Positions 20,901-29,021 of a DNA stretch of 64,000 bases are shown here, piece after piece; within the stretch, counting starts at the first letter, position 1; every line of letters begins with the position of its first letter. The notes below the pieces were generated by a model, which saw only the letters and a list, made by a program, of their open reading frames with translations, ran no database searches and was not told where the DNA came from. The position numbers and the translations under genes are program-made. The stretch is taken from NCBI GenBank assembly GCA_958296135.2, contig CATQHZ020000001.1, forward strand, positions 4,160,001 through 4,224,000, in the 5' to 3' direction. The stretch comes from an uncultured Poribacteria bacterium (GTDB lineage: Bacteria > Poribacteria > WGA-4E > WGA-3G).

Positions 20901-21117
20901 GGCCTGTCCCCCGCGAACCCTCCGGAAGTCGCAGCGTGTATTCACAGACGAGCGTCCAATTTTTCTGGCGCGCGCAGACTTCAAGGAGTGCTTGAAAGGC
21001 GGCGCGCACGGCAGTTTCGTGGGTGACTCCGTGCTGGTGATACCGCTCAAGCGCATCGTAATAGACGGTTATCGCTTTGTGGTTCGGTTTTATGTTGAGT
21101 GTTTTTGTTGTTCGCAT
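17971..21117 (-). CDS. Type ISP-like restriction-modification protein (nuclease-MTase-TRD, no helicase domain seen)
   Basis: N-terminal R.DG...WEAK nuclease motif; GIVYTPQPIVDFM, IIDPFVGTGNF, GNPPY; LlaBIII-like C-terminus (YRPF, YGILH..YRERY..DLK.DLP.IP, SALDW....YQV). Confidence 0.85.
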   Translation of the reverse strand: MRTTKTLNIKPNHKAITVYYDALERYHQHGVTHETAVRAAFQALLEVCARQKNWTLVCEYTLRLPEGSRGTGPRAPVEKAPGTGTRAAGKHSNLIRLDGVLLDGYNLPCGTWEAKGIQGNLATEALRKFDAGYPQDNILFQTPERAMLYQHGALVLDEDITGRENLVAVLKRFFAYEREHAAEWEAAVTEFRDIVPALKREAAELIQAQHRTSARFQTAFANFHRLCQTAINPNLSEAAVKEMLIQHLLTERTFRTVFGNPDFTQRNIIAREIEQVIRALTEDAFSRDEFLKNLNPFYRAIEREAVTLVDFSQKQHFLNTVYEQFFQGDSAAVADTHGIVYTPQPIVDFMVKSVDYLLKTEFNRSLSEAGVHIIDPFVGTGNFIVRLMREIDRFQLEAKYRSELWCNEVLLLPYYIASINIEHEFYAATEKYLPFEGISLVDTFDLAEARQLSLLTAENTARVAKQKASPMFVVIGNPPYNTGQKNENDNNKNRKYPTIDARVRATYANDSKAANKNSLYDPYVKALRWASDRIGEAGIVALVTNHSFLEGISFDGMRKHLASDFDMLHVLDLGGNVREGQPGDANVFGIQCGVCINLFVKTKQASSKPPRILYNGETRCQNKSRTFEFLAECQHVGNVTWQQIQPDARHTWITSGLHSEFGTFVPIGLKKARTATDASVPAIFRQFGLGLQTARDAWLYNFNQDTLIQNVKSTIETYNYQVFGWERRTNRDMSVDDFVVDDGTKVKWSSGLKRKLMSGQTAEFAEEKIRQAIYRPFTKTNLFFDKTLNHIVSVFPITFPTPATETENRVIWLKTGRAWPMFALMVNKIADILPQGASQCFPFYVYDEDGTNRRENVTDWALAAFRAHYGDDSIAKWDIFNYTYGILHHPAYRERYAADLKRDLPHIPYAGDFWAFANAGARLAEIHVNYEAQPQYPLKFITKPDAPLNLRVEKMRLSKDRTRLAYNEFLTLAGIPAEAFAYRLGKRSALDWLINGYQVKTYDRSQLVNDANNTEKPRYIVALIGSVITVSLKTQEIVAGLPETFHDT

Positions 21118-21167
21118 GGCGTTCAATAACGGTTGTTGGTGCAATGACGTTCTAAAAAAGATTTCGC

Positions 21168-21196
21168 TTGCATTTATCGCGAAAAATCGGTATACT
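21168..21196 (+). promoter_or_regulatory. Sigma70-type promoter for radC
   Basis: TTGCAT-N17-TATACT about 50 nt upstream of ATG 21247. Confidence 0.5.
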
Positions 21197-21246
21197 CTCC
21201 TTAACATTCTTTTAATTAACATTTTCTATTAATTGAGAGGAAGGCA

Positions 21247-21993
21247 ATGTATAACGTAACTGGTCCACGAATGAAGGACCTCCCGGCAGATGAACGGCCA
21301 CGCGAGCGGCTCCTGAAATACGGCCCCGAAACCCTCAAAGACTCCGAACTCCTCGCGATTCTGCTCAAAAGCGGTTTCAAAGGCACTACCGCCCTCCAAC
21401 TCGGCGAACAGATACTCATAGAATATCAGGGAGATCTGAAGCAGATGGCCGATACCCGCGCGCAACGATTTGAGAAGATTAAAGGCATCGGCAAAGCGAA
21501 AGCCGCGGAAATCGTCGCCGCCCTCGAGCTCGGAAAACGGTTGGCACGCTTCCACGGCGAACGCGACAAGATTACCTCCCCTAGCGATGTTGCAGACCTG
21601 CTGATGTCCAAAATGCGCTACCTCCAAAAAGAAATCGTCTGCGTCCTCTGCCTGGACACCAAAGGCGGCGTGACGACGAAAGGCATTGCCGGAGACCTCG
21701 GCGATGCTTTGACATGGGGGAAGCGGCTTTCAGAAACAACGATTTTTGAAGGCACGCTCAACGCCAGCGTTTTCCATCCCCGCGAAATCTTCCGCTTCGC
21801 AATTGAGGAATCTGCCAACTCCGTTGTCCTTGTGCATAACCATCCATCCGGCGACCCGCAGCCAAGCCAAGAGGACATTCGGGCGACGAAACAACTCATG
21901 GAGGCAGGCAATCACATCGGCATTAAGGTGCTAGATCACATCATCATCGGTGATGGCATCTTCGTGAGTCTGAAGGAGGAGGGCTTTATTTAG
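21247..21993 (+). CDS. radC: RadC/JAB-domain protein
   Basis: ERPRERLLKYG..L.D.ELLAILL; HhH GIGKAKA; JAMM motif HNHPSGDP.PS.ED; LDHIIIG. Confidence 0.95.
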   Translation: MYNVTGPRMKDLPADERPRERLLKYGPETLKDSELLAILLKSGFKGTTALQLGEQILIEYQGDLKQMADTRAQRFEKIKGIGKAKAAEIVAALELGKRLARFHGERDKITSPSDVADLLMSKMRYLQKEIVCVLCLDTKGGVTTKGIAGDLGDALTWGKRLSETTIFEGTLNASVFHPREIFRFAIEESANSVVLVHNHPSGDPQPSQEDIRATKQLMEAGNHIGIKVLDHIIIGDGIFVSLKEEGFI

Positions 21994-22041
21994 GCGGCAT
22001 CTCCTAAAGCTTGTAGGCGCGCTTTGCAAGCGCGCACGCGC

Positions 22042-22782
22042 CTAGATTAGCTCGCGTTGCCTCAGCACCTCATAGAGCAGCACGCCTGCCGCTACCGAAA
22101 CGTTGAGCGACGCAATCTCTCCTAACATCGGGAGCCGGACGAGGTAGTCGCAGTGCTGCTTGACGAGCCTGCGGATACCATTGGATTCACTCCCCAAAAC
22201 GAGGCACAACGGCACAGTCAAATCGGCATCGGTATAGGTAAGCTCGGCATCCTCAGCGGCGCCGACAACCCACACGCCCGCGGCCTTGAGCGTCTCAAGC
22301 GTACGGGCAACGTTCGTCACTTTGGCTATCGGCACATAGTCAGACGCACCAGCTGACGCTTTGTGGACAGCCGCGGTGACATCTACGGCGCGGTTCTTCG
22401 GAATAAACACGGCATCCACATCCGTCGCGTCAGCAGTACGGAGAATCGCGCCGAGGTTCCTCGGGTCTTGAACACTGTCTAACATGACGAACAACGCCGG
22501 TTTGTCCTGACGCTGAACCTTCTCCAGAATCGCCTGCAGCTCCCGATAGCGCGTTCGGCTGACCTTGGCTATAACGCCTTGGTGTGGAATATCGGGCTCC
22601 AGCGCGTCTAGGTGGTTTCGGGCGCAACGTTGATAGCGAACGCCGTTTCGTTCCGCTAACTTGATAATTTGGCGGATGCGCGGGTGGCTGCTCCCCTCGG
22701 CGAGCCAGATGTGCTCTATCTCGCGCACGCCGCTCCGCAAGAGTTCTATAACTGGGTTCCTGCCAACTATCTGCTCTGCCAT
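22042..22782 (-). CDS. rlmB: 23S rRNA (guanosine-2'-O)-methyltransferase, SpoU family
   Basis: HQGVIA, LD.VQDPRNLGAILRTA, LVLGSE..G, SLNVSVA SPOUT motifs. Confidence 0.92.
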   Translation of the reverse strand: MAEQIVGRNPVIELLRSGVREIEHIWLAEGSSHPRIRQIIKLAERNGVRYQRCARNHLDALEPDIPHQGVIAKVSRTRYRELQAILEKVQRQDKPALFVMLDSVQDPRNLGAILRTADATDVDAVFIPKNRAVDVTAAVHKASAGASDYVPIAKVTNVARTLETLKAAGVWVVGAAEDAELTYTDADLTVPLCLVLGSESNGIRRLVKQHCDYLVRLPMLGEIASLNVSVAAGVLLYEVLRQRELI

Positions 22783-22803
22783 ATCGGTATCTGCCCGAAT
22801 CAA

Positions 22804-23043
22804 CTAATTGCCACGGACGAACTTAATATCCGGACCGCGGGGCGTAATTTTGATACCCGGGTCATCGGTTTGGCACAGCACGCAGGTGATGTCGCCGACG
22901 TTGGCATTCTCCATGCGCGGTGCCAATTCACCCCGTTTAAAGACAAATCCTAAAATCTCGTCCGCAGGTATTGTGCTGTCACAATTACCGCACGGAATGG
23001 CTTCCCCCGCTTTGACTGTGGCTAAAAGTTCTGCTGCTTTCAT
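22804..23043 (-). CDS. Small hypothetical protein with two CxxC motifs
   Basis: CGNC and CVLC; AAGGAAG RBS; lies in a co-oriented gene run. Confidence 0.6.
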   Translation of the reverse strand: MKAAELLATVKAGEAIPCGNCDSTIPADEILGFVFKRGELAPRMENANVGDITCVLCQTDDPGIKITPRGPDIKFVRGN

Positions 23044-23066
23044 CGTCTTCCTTTCATTCAGTGAAC

Positions 23067-23120
23067 CCGGTAGGCACGGTTTTCAAACCGCACCTACGGG
23101 GTTGGTTCTGCGGCCGTCCT
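23067..23120. repeat. Family B REP-like element after iolD
   Basis: CCGGTAGGCACGGTTTTCAAACCGCACCTACGGGGTTGGTTCTGCGGCCGTCCT. Confidence 0.8.
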
Positions 23121-24984
23121 ACAAAAAATACCGCTCTTTCTGTTTGTCAACTTCGTATTCTTCATACGCCGCCTTCGCGGCGTCAACTTCCGAGACTTGC
23201 GCGATGGGCACATCCCACCACGATTCATACCGCGGCACCTGCTCGTAGTAGTCCACGTCAATCTTCACCACAGTGGTACGCGATGCTTCGCGCGCGTCGT
23301 GCAGTGCAGATTTTAACTCCAACAACGTCTTCGCTTCAATCACGTTCGCGCCAAGGCTGGCGGCGTTCGCGGCGAGCTCTACCGGCAAAAATGCGCCTTG
23401 CAACTGTCCGCTCTCCGCTTCGCGATAGCGGAAACGGGTGGCAAATCCCTGCACCCCGGTCGCACGTGACAACCCGCCGATGCTACTATGTCCATCGTTG
23501 TTTACCAACACGACAATCAGTTTATAGCCTTCCTGAATGGAAGTGATGATTTCCTGCGCGAGCATCAGATACGAACCGTCGCCTACCATGACATAGACAT
23601 CGCGCCCCGGGGCCGCCATTTTGATGCCGAGCCCGCCGGCGATTTCGTAGCCCATGCACGAGTAGCCGTATTCCAAATGGAACTGCTTCGGGTTGCGAGC
23701 GCGCCACAATTTATGCAAATCGCCCGGCAGACTGCCCGCTGCGCACACCATCACATCTTCAGGACGGGACACCTCGTTCACGACACCGATGACTTCACTC
23801 TGACTCGGCAACGGGCCGTGTCCAAGGTGATAGAGCCGCTCCACCTCTTCTTCCCATTCGTCCCGATAGTTCTCAATGCGCGCCGCGTAGTCAGCAGACA
23901 CCCGATAGTTGCCCACAGCGGTAGCGAGTTCTCCTAGCGTGACACGCGCGTCGGCGACGAGCGGCAAGGCGGCATGCTTGAACGCATCAAACGCCGCAAC
24001 GTTAATACCGATGAAACGGACATTCGGGTTTTGGAACGCGGTCTTCGAGGCCGTGGTAAAATCGCTCAGACGTGTGCCGATGGCAATAACCAGGTCTGCC
24101 CCCCGTGCGGTGATGTTCGCGCCCGGTGTCCCCGTAGCACCGATTGCCCCGAGGTTCTGTGGATGATTATAAGGCAGGGAACCTTTGCCCGCAAAGGTCT
24201 CGCCGACAGGAATGCCGGTCTGCTCCGCAAATCGGGCAAGCTGATCGGTGGCCTCACTGTAAATCACACCGCCGCCAGCGATGATTAAGGGACGCTCACT
24301 CTCGCGAATCCATGCAGTCGCGCGTTTGAGCGCGCCTACATCAGCACGCGCCCGCGGAATCTGGTAAACCCGCTTTTCAAAAAGTTCGACCGGATAGTCA
24401 TAGGCCTCCGCTTGGACATCTTGCGGGAGGGCCAGCGTGACCGCGCCGGTTTCTGCCGGTGAGATGAGCACGCGCATCGCCTCCGGCAGCGCAGTAATAA
24501 TTTGCTCCGGCCGATTGATTCTGTCCCAGTAGCGCGAAATAGGTTTGAAGCAATCGTTCACCGAGAAGTCCTGCGAACTCGGCGACTCAAGCTGTTGCAA
24601 AACCGGTGCGACAAGGCGGGTTGAAAAAATATCGCCCGGTAGCAGGAGAACCGGCAAACGGTTAATCGTCGCGCCAGCGGCACCGGTAATCATGTTCGTC
24701 GCGCCCGGCCCGATAGACGTAGTGCAGGCAAGCGCGCGCAGCCGGTTGTTCATCTTAGCAAACGCCGCGGCGGTATGCACCATCGATTGCTCATTCCGAG
24801 TCTGGTAAAAACGGAACGAGTCGGCGGATTGATGCAACGCCTGTCCAATACCGGCGACGTTGCCGTGCCCGAAGATGCCGAACATGCCGGCAAAGAATTG
24901 CGTTTCATTGCCATCGCGTTCAACGAACTGCTGTTGAAGAAACTGGACAATGGCTTGTCCCATCGTGAGTTTTCGTGTTTTCAT
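23119..24984 (-). CDS. iolD: 3D-(3,5/4)-trihydroxycyclohexane-1,2-dione hydrolase (ThDP-dependent)
   Basis: IFGHGNVAG, RNEQSMVH, SIGPGATN, SLPGDLHKLW, EYGYSCMGYE, GDGSY, WWDVP. Confidence 0.96.
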   Translation of the reverse strand: MKTRKLTMGQAIVQFLQQQFVERDGNETQFFAGMFGIFGHGNVAGIGQALHQSADSFRFYQTRNEQSMVHTAAAFAKMNNRLRALACTTSIGPGATNMITGAAGATINRLPVLLLPGDIFSTRLVAPVLQQLESPSSQDFSVNDCFKPISRYWDRINRPEQIITALPEAMRVLISPAETGAVTLALPQDVQAEAYDYPVELFEKRVYQIPRARADVGALKRATAWIRESERPLIIAGGGVIYSEATDQLARFAEQTGIPVGETFAGKGSLPYNHPQNLGAIGATGTPGANITARGADLVIAIGTRLSDFTTASKTAFQNPNVRFIGINVAAFDAFKHAALPLVADARVTLGELATAVGNYRVSADYAARIENYRDEWEEEVERLYHLGHGPLPSQSEVIGVVNEVSRPEDVMVCAAGSLPGDLHKLWRARNPKQFHLEYGYSCMGYEIAGGLGIKMAAPGRDVYVMVGDGSYLMLAQEIITSIQEGYKLIVVLVNNDGHSSIGGLSRATGVQGFATRFRYREAESGQLQGAFLPVELAANAASLGANVIEAKTLLELKSALHDAREASRTTVVKIDVDYYEQVPRYESWWDVPIAQVSEVDAAKAAYEEYEVDKQKERYFL

Positions 24985-25004
24985 GATACATATCTCCTGG
25001 GTAA

Positions 25005-26012
25005 TTACAGGCCGCCGCGTTCGGCGACAAATGCCTCCACTTCGGGGAGTGTCGGCATAAAATTGGCACAGCCGTGCCGAGTGACGACAATCGCGCCGGT
25101 TGCATTGCCAAACCGCGCCGATTTTCCCCAACTCCACCCGTTCAGGTTACCGTAAATGAAGCCGCTGGCGAACGCATCGCCGGCACCGAGGGTGTTGTAA
25201 ACCGCAACCGGAAAAGGTTCGGCGTGCATCCTCTCCCCAGTCGCTAAATGGATATCCGCACCTTCAATCCCACGCTTCACAATCAACGCCTTCAACCCCG
25301 CACTTAAGAGCGTGTCAATCGCCGCAGCAATATCTCCCGCAATATCAGGATTTGAGATTTGGGAGTGCGCAATCGTGAGTTGCGAGAGGTTCGTCAGCGT
25401 AGCAGCCTTGATTTCCTCCTCGGTGCCGATAGCGATGTCAATTTGGGGCAAGACAGAACGGACGACAACCCCGAATGCCCTCGGGTCATGCCACTGGTCT
25501 GCCCGGAAATCCAGATCCAAGAAGACCCGGGTTCCATCAGCCTGCGCCTTTTCGGCGGCATAGAGTGTGGCACATCGGCTCGGTTCCTTGCTCAAGCCGG
25601 TACCGCTTATCAGCACCGCTCGACTTTCGGCAATCGGCGCGGCGAGGACATCGTCAATCGTGAGCTCAATATCGGCGCAATTGTCACGATAATAGATGAG
25701 CGGAAACCGGTCTGGCGGTTCAATGCCGAGGACGACAGCACTCGTGCGGTGCCCCGGCTTATGCACGATGAACCGCGTCTCCACGCCTTCTGCCTTCAAA
25801 AACTTGAGCAGAAATTCACCAACCGGGTCTTCGCCGACACCGGTGAGTAGCGCGGCCCGGAGCCCGAGGCGTTGAATCCCGACGCTAATGTTAGTGGGGC
25901 ACCCGCCGACAAACGCGCCAAAACTCTGAATATCGGCGAACGCGGCACCGATGTCATTAGAATAGAGATCCAAGGAACTGCGCCCGATGGCAAGAATATC
26001 ATACATTTTCAT
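25005..26012 (-). CDS. iolC: 5-dehydro-2-deoxygluconokinase (PfkB family)
   Basis: GRSSLDLY, VGGCPTN, PPDRFPLIYYR..CAD, LGAGDAF..G; adjacent to iolD. Confidence 0.93.
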   Translation of the reverse strand: MKMYDILAIGRSSLDLYSNDIGAAFADIQSFGAFVGGCPTNISVGIQRLGLRAALLTGVGEDPVGEFLLKFLKAEGVETRFIVHKPGHRTSAVVLGIEPPDRFPLIYYRDNCADIELTIDDVLAAPIAESRAVLISGTGLSKEPSRCATLYAAEKAQADGTRVFLDLDFRADQWHDPRAFGVVVRSVLPQIDIAIGTEEEIKAATLTNLSQLTIAHSQISNPDIAGDIAAAIDTLLSAGLKALIVKRGIEGADIHLATGERMHAEPFPVAVYNTLGAGDAFASGFIYGNLNGWSWGKSARFGNATGAIVVTRHGCANFMPTLPEVEAFVAERGGL

Positions 26013-26018
26013 ACTTTT

Positions 26019-27992
26019 CTAGGCTTGAACCGGGATTTCCGCGAGGAGTTTCTCCGTCTCAATAATGGCTTTCGTCGGTGATGACAACTTTTCGCCGATT
26101 GCCACAATCAACATACAAAAATCGTAAGCGGTTTGCAAATCGCCCTGGAGATACGCGCTTTCAGCGGCATTGAAATAACAGACAGTAGCGGCGGCGCAGC
26201 ATTCTTCCACTTGCGATTCTATATTCGCATACGCATAGTTGTCTGCCGAAAGGATATAGGCCTTCCCCGCCTCTACCCACGCGCGCTGCAGTTCAAGCCG
26301 CCGTGCAAGGCGCGAATAGTAGACAGCACTATTTCTGGCGTTCTTTCTCGCAGGCCGCTGTTTATTCGCCGCGGCGTAAGCGAACCGGGCGCGCGTGTAA
26401 CAATTGGCAACGAGTTCCATATCGTCCTCTTTGCCGAAGGCGTGCGCTTGTTTTTGATAGAACGCGCCGAGCTTCTTATACTGCGCGTTCGCTTGCCGCC
26501 TCCGTTCCTGTTGCGAACAAATTACGGCTTGTTGATAGATGCGAAGGGCATCGCGTTCGTGCGGGTATTGAATATCGCTATGGATTTTGTCCAAGAGAAA
26601 TTCCGGCGAAGCCTCCTCAATCAGCAACCGGTAACTGCTCGCCGCCCTGACAACGGGTTGGACCGGCGGTGGCAGGACAGGTGCCTCTGCCACCGCCGCG
26701 TCTTCATGCTCCAGCCATGCCCGCAGGAGTGCCTCTTCGTTCGTCGGTAGTTTCTGAATGAGCGCAATAACACTATCAACCGTCGGGGCCGATGCGTTCC
26801 GAACGCCCTCCCAAGAACTGAGGTGCTGGAAAAGGTTATCTGCCTTTTCAAGGAGTGAGGCGTTCCCGGCGGTATCCCCATTTTGCGGGACATACTCCTT
26901 CAGGCAGAGATGATGTGCCTTGTGAAGTTCGGAAATAAGGCGCGGATATTCAGACGCATGCACCTGCCGGCCTGCTTCGTCGTAATGTTGATTCAGCTGC
27001 GCTACCAACTTCTTGTTTTTGTTGCTTATCTCTTTCCGCTGGTGTTCATAAAAGAGATTTTGGTTAATCCGCTCCGCCACCTCGCGCGAGATGCGGAAGG
27101 TTTTTCTGCCGCGTTCTAGTGCCTCCGCGAGTGTCGTTTTTCGGGAACCAGTGCCCGCGTTAATAAGGCGTGATGCATGCTTCACGTATTCACTTTGGCG
27201 TATTTCGTTAAGCGCGTCATACATCTCATCGGCAGTCTGGTAACGCTTGTTAAGTTCACGATGGAGTGCCTTCTGCAAAAAACCGCGCAAGAGTTCAGGG
27301 CAGCTGTCCAGATGCTCAATTTCGCCCGAGGTTTTTTGCGTGTCCATCTCCTGGCCTTGCCCAGAAAAGGGAAAGCGACCGGTCACGGCTTGATAGATGA
27401 TCAGGGCGGTAGTGTAAAGGTCTACGCGAAGGTCATATTTACCAAAGTGCTGCTCGGGTGCCATATACCGCCGGGTACCCGTCATCGTCGCCGCGAATTC
27501 GGTGGTATCGCTGAAAATGCGCGCAATGCTAAAATCTGCCACTTTCGCTTGTTTATCCGCCGTGAGAAGGATGTTCTCCGGCTTCATGTCCCGGTGCATA
27601 ATCTTCTGAGAATGTGCCATTTTTAGCCCGCGGCAGACATCTAAACTAATATTGAGTGCCTCTGTTACGTTCAACACCCCGTTCTGCATCAATTCGTGCA
27701 GGCTTTTCCCTTCAACATACTCCATGACAATCAACGCCATGTACCGGTCGAAGCCGGGTTCAACGGTATGAATTGAGACGATATTGGGGTGTCCCCAAAT
27801 CTTCGACATCGAGCGGATTTCGCTGATGAGGTATTTCATTCTCCCTTGTAAATAGGAGTCCTTGTGTAGCGCCTTAATCGCCACGGCGCGGTCTGTCATT
27901 TCTTCGTGCGCGCGAAAAACGGTAGAAAAGCTGCCGCTACCCAGCAGTGCCTCTATCTTATATTTCCCTAGGATCTGTTCGTTAATCTGCAT
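26019..27992 (-). CDS. Hanks-type Ser/Thr protein kinase with C-terminal helical repeats
   Basis: LGSGSFSTV, VAIK, HRDMKPEN, DFS (DFG variant), GT..YMAPE; Ala/Tyr-rich helical C-terminus; no TM segment seen. Confidence 0.9.
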   Translation of the reverse strand: MQINEQILGKYKIEALLGSGSFSTVFRAHEEMTDRAVAIKALHKDSYLQGRMKYLISEIRSMSKIWGHPNIVSIHTVEPGFDRYMALIVMEYVEGKSLHELMQNGVLNVTEALNISLDVCRGLKMAHSQKIMHRDMKPENILLTADKQAKVADFSIARIFSDTTEFAATMTGTRRYMAPEQHFGKYDLRVDLYTTALIIYQAVTGRFPFSGQGQEMDTQKTSGEIEHLDSCPELLRGFLQKALHRELNKRYQTADEMYDALNEIRQSEYVKHASRLINAGTGSRKTTLAEALERGRKTFRISREVAERINQNLFYEHQRKEISNKNKKLVAQLNQHYDEAGRQVHASEYPRLISELHKAHHLCLKEYVPQNGDTAGNASLLEKADNLFQHLSSWEGVRNASAPTVDSVIALIQKLPTNEEALLRAWLEHEDAAVAEAPVLPPPVQPVVRAASSYRLLIEEASPEFLLDKIHSDIQYPHERDALRIYQQAVICSQQERRRQANAQYKKLGAFYQKQAHAFGKEDDMELVANCYTRARFAYAAANKQRPARKNARNSAVYYSRLARRLELQRAWVEAGKAYILSADNYAYANIESQVEECCAAATVCYFNAAESAYLQGDLQTAYDFCMLIVAIGEKLSSPTKAIIETEKLLAEIPVQA

Positions 27993-28072
27993 GGCGACTC
28001 GCTACAAGTTAAAGTTGTGGGAAGAATACCTTTTCGTTGTCCCGGTTGCGGGGGAAATGTTGTTACCGTTGC

Positions 28073-28105
28073 GCTAACGTTAGCAAAAATCGGGTTAATT
28101 GTCAA
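28073..28105 (-). promoter_or_regulatory. Promoter with overlapping palindromic operator for kinase-iolC-iolD
   Basis: TTGACA-N17-TAACGT; the -10 box lies within the perfect palindrome GCTAACGTTAGC (28073-28084). Confidence 0.55.
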
Positions 28106-28128
28106 GAAAAAACGGAAACTGCCGCTGT

Positions 28129-28770
28129 TTACGGCGTGGCTTGCACCGCGGCTACCAATTTCTGTGCCCTTTCGGTGAGCACGTTGAATTCACCGGCTTC
28201 AATGAGGCGGTTATCCACGAGCGCGCTTCCGACACCTAAGGCGGTGGCACCGGCGGCGATAAACTCGGCGGCGTTATCGGCGTTGATGCCGCCCGTCGGC
28301 ACGAGAGGAATCTGTGGCAGGGGAGCTTTCACATCTTTGATATAAGCGGGCCCGACTCCCCCCGATGGGAACACCTTGACATAATCTGCCCCGGTCTCCC
28401 ACGCCGCCAGAATCTCTGTCGGCGTAAAGGCACCGGGGATAACGACTTTGCCGTATCGGTTGCATACGTCAATCACATCGGGTTTTGTAACGGGACTGAC
28501 GATGAATGCCGCGCCGGCGAGCATCACGGCGCGCGCCGTCTCCGCATCAAGGACGGAACCGGCCCCAACGAGGACAGCATCGCCGTGCGCCGCGGAAACG
28601 TCGCTGATGACTTGTAACGCATTCGGCGTTGTCATCGTCACTTCAATAACGTTGACACCGCCTGCGTGAATTGCTTCGGCGGCTTTCATCAGTTCGTTCG
28701 CGCTATTGGCACGAATGATGGCGATAATCCGGCACGCCTCGATGCGTTGCATCTGTTCTAACTTTGTCAT
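28129..28770 (-). CDS. eda: KHG/KDPG aldolase
   Basis: IEVTMTTP, VGAGSVL, FIVSP, PGAFTPTEI, VKVFP, PTGGI. Confidence 0.93.
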   Translation of the reverse strand: MTKLEQMQRIEACRIIAIIRANSANELMKAAEAIHAGGVNVIEVTMTTPNALQVISDVSAAHGDAVLVGAGSVLDAETARAVMLAGAAFIVSPVTKPDVIDVCNRYGKVVIPGAFTPTEILAAWETGADYVKVFPSGGVGPAYIKDVKAPLPQIPLVPTGGINADNAAEFIAAGATALGVGSALVDNRLIEAGEFNVLTERAQKLVAAVQATP

Positions 28771-29021
28771 AATTTTTTCTTGCAATACGTTTGTGAATAT
28801 GTTATGATTATTAAAGAGGTAGTTTTGTTGTTCCCAGTGGTTGTTTGACGTTGGTTGAGAGGGCATCCCCCCTGCGCGGTTCGCAGTGACAACGTCAAGT
28901 CTGTCTGGTAAGGCAACGTCATCAGTCCAGGGCAGCCAAACAACGCGTTGCGAACATCAAAAAAGCCTGAAACCGCGTTGGCAGACGCGGCAGCCCTCAT
29001 TCATAACGTAGGTTCTAAAGC

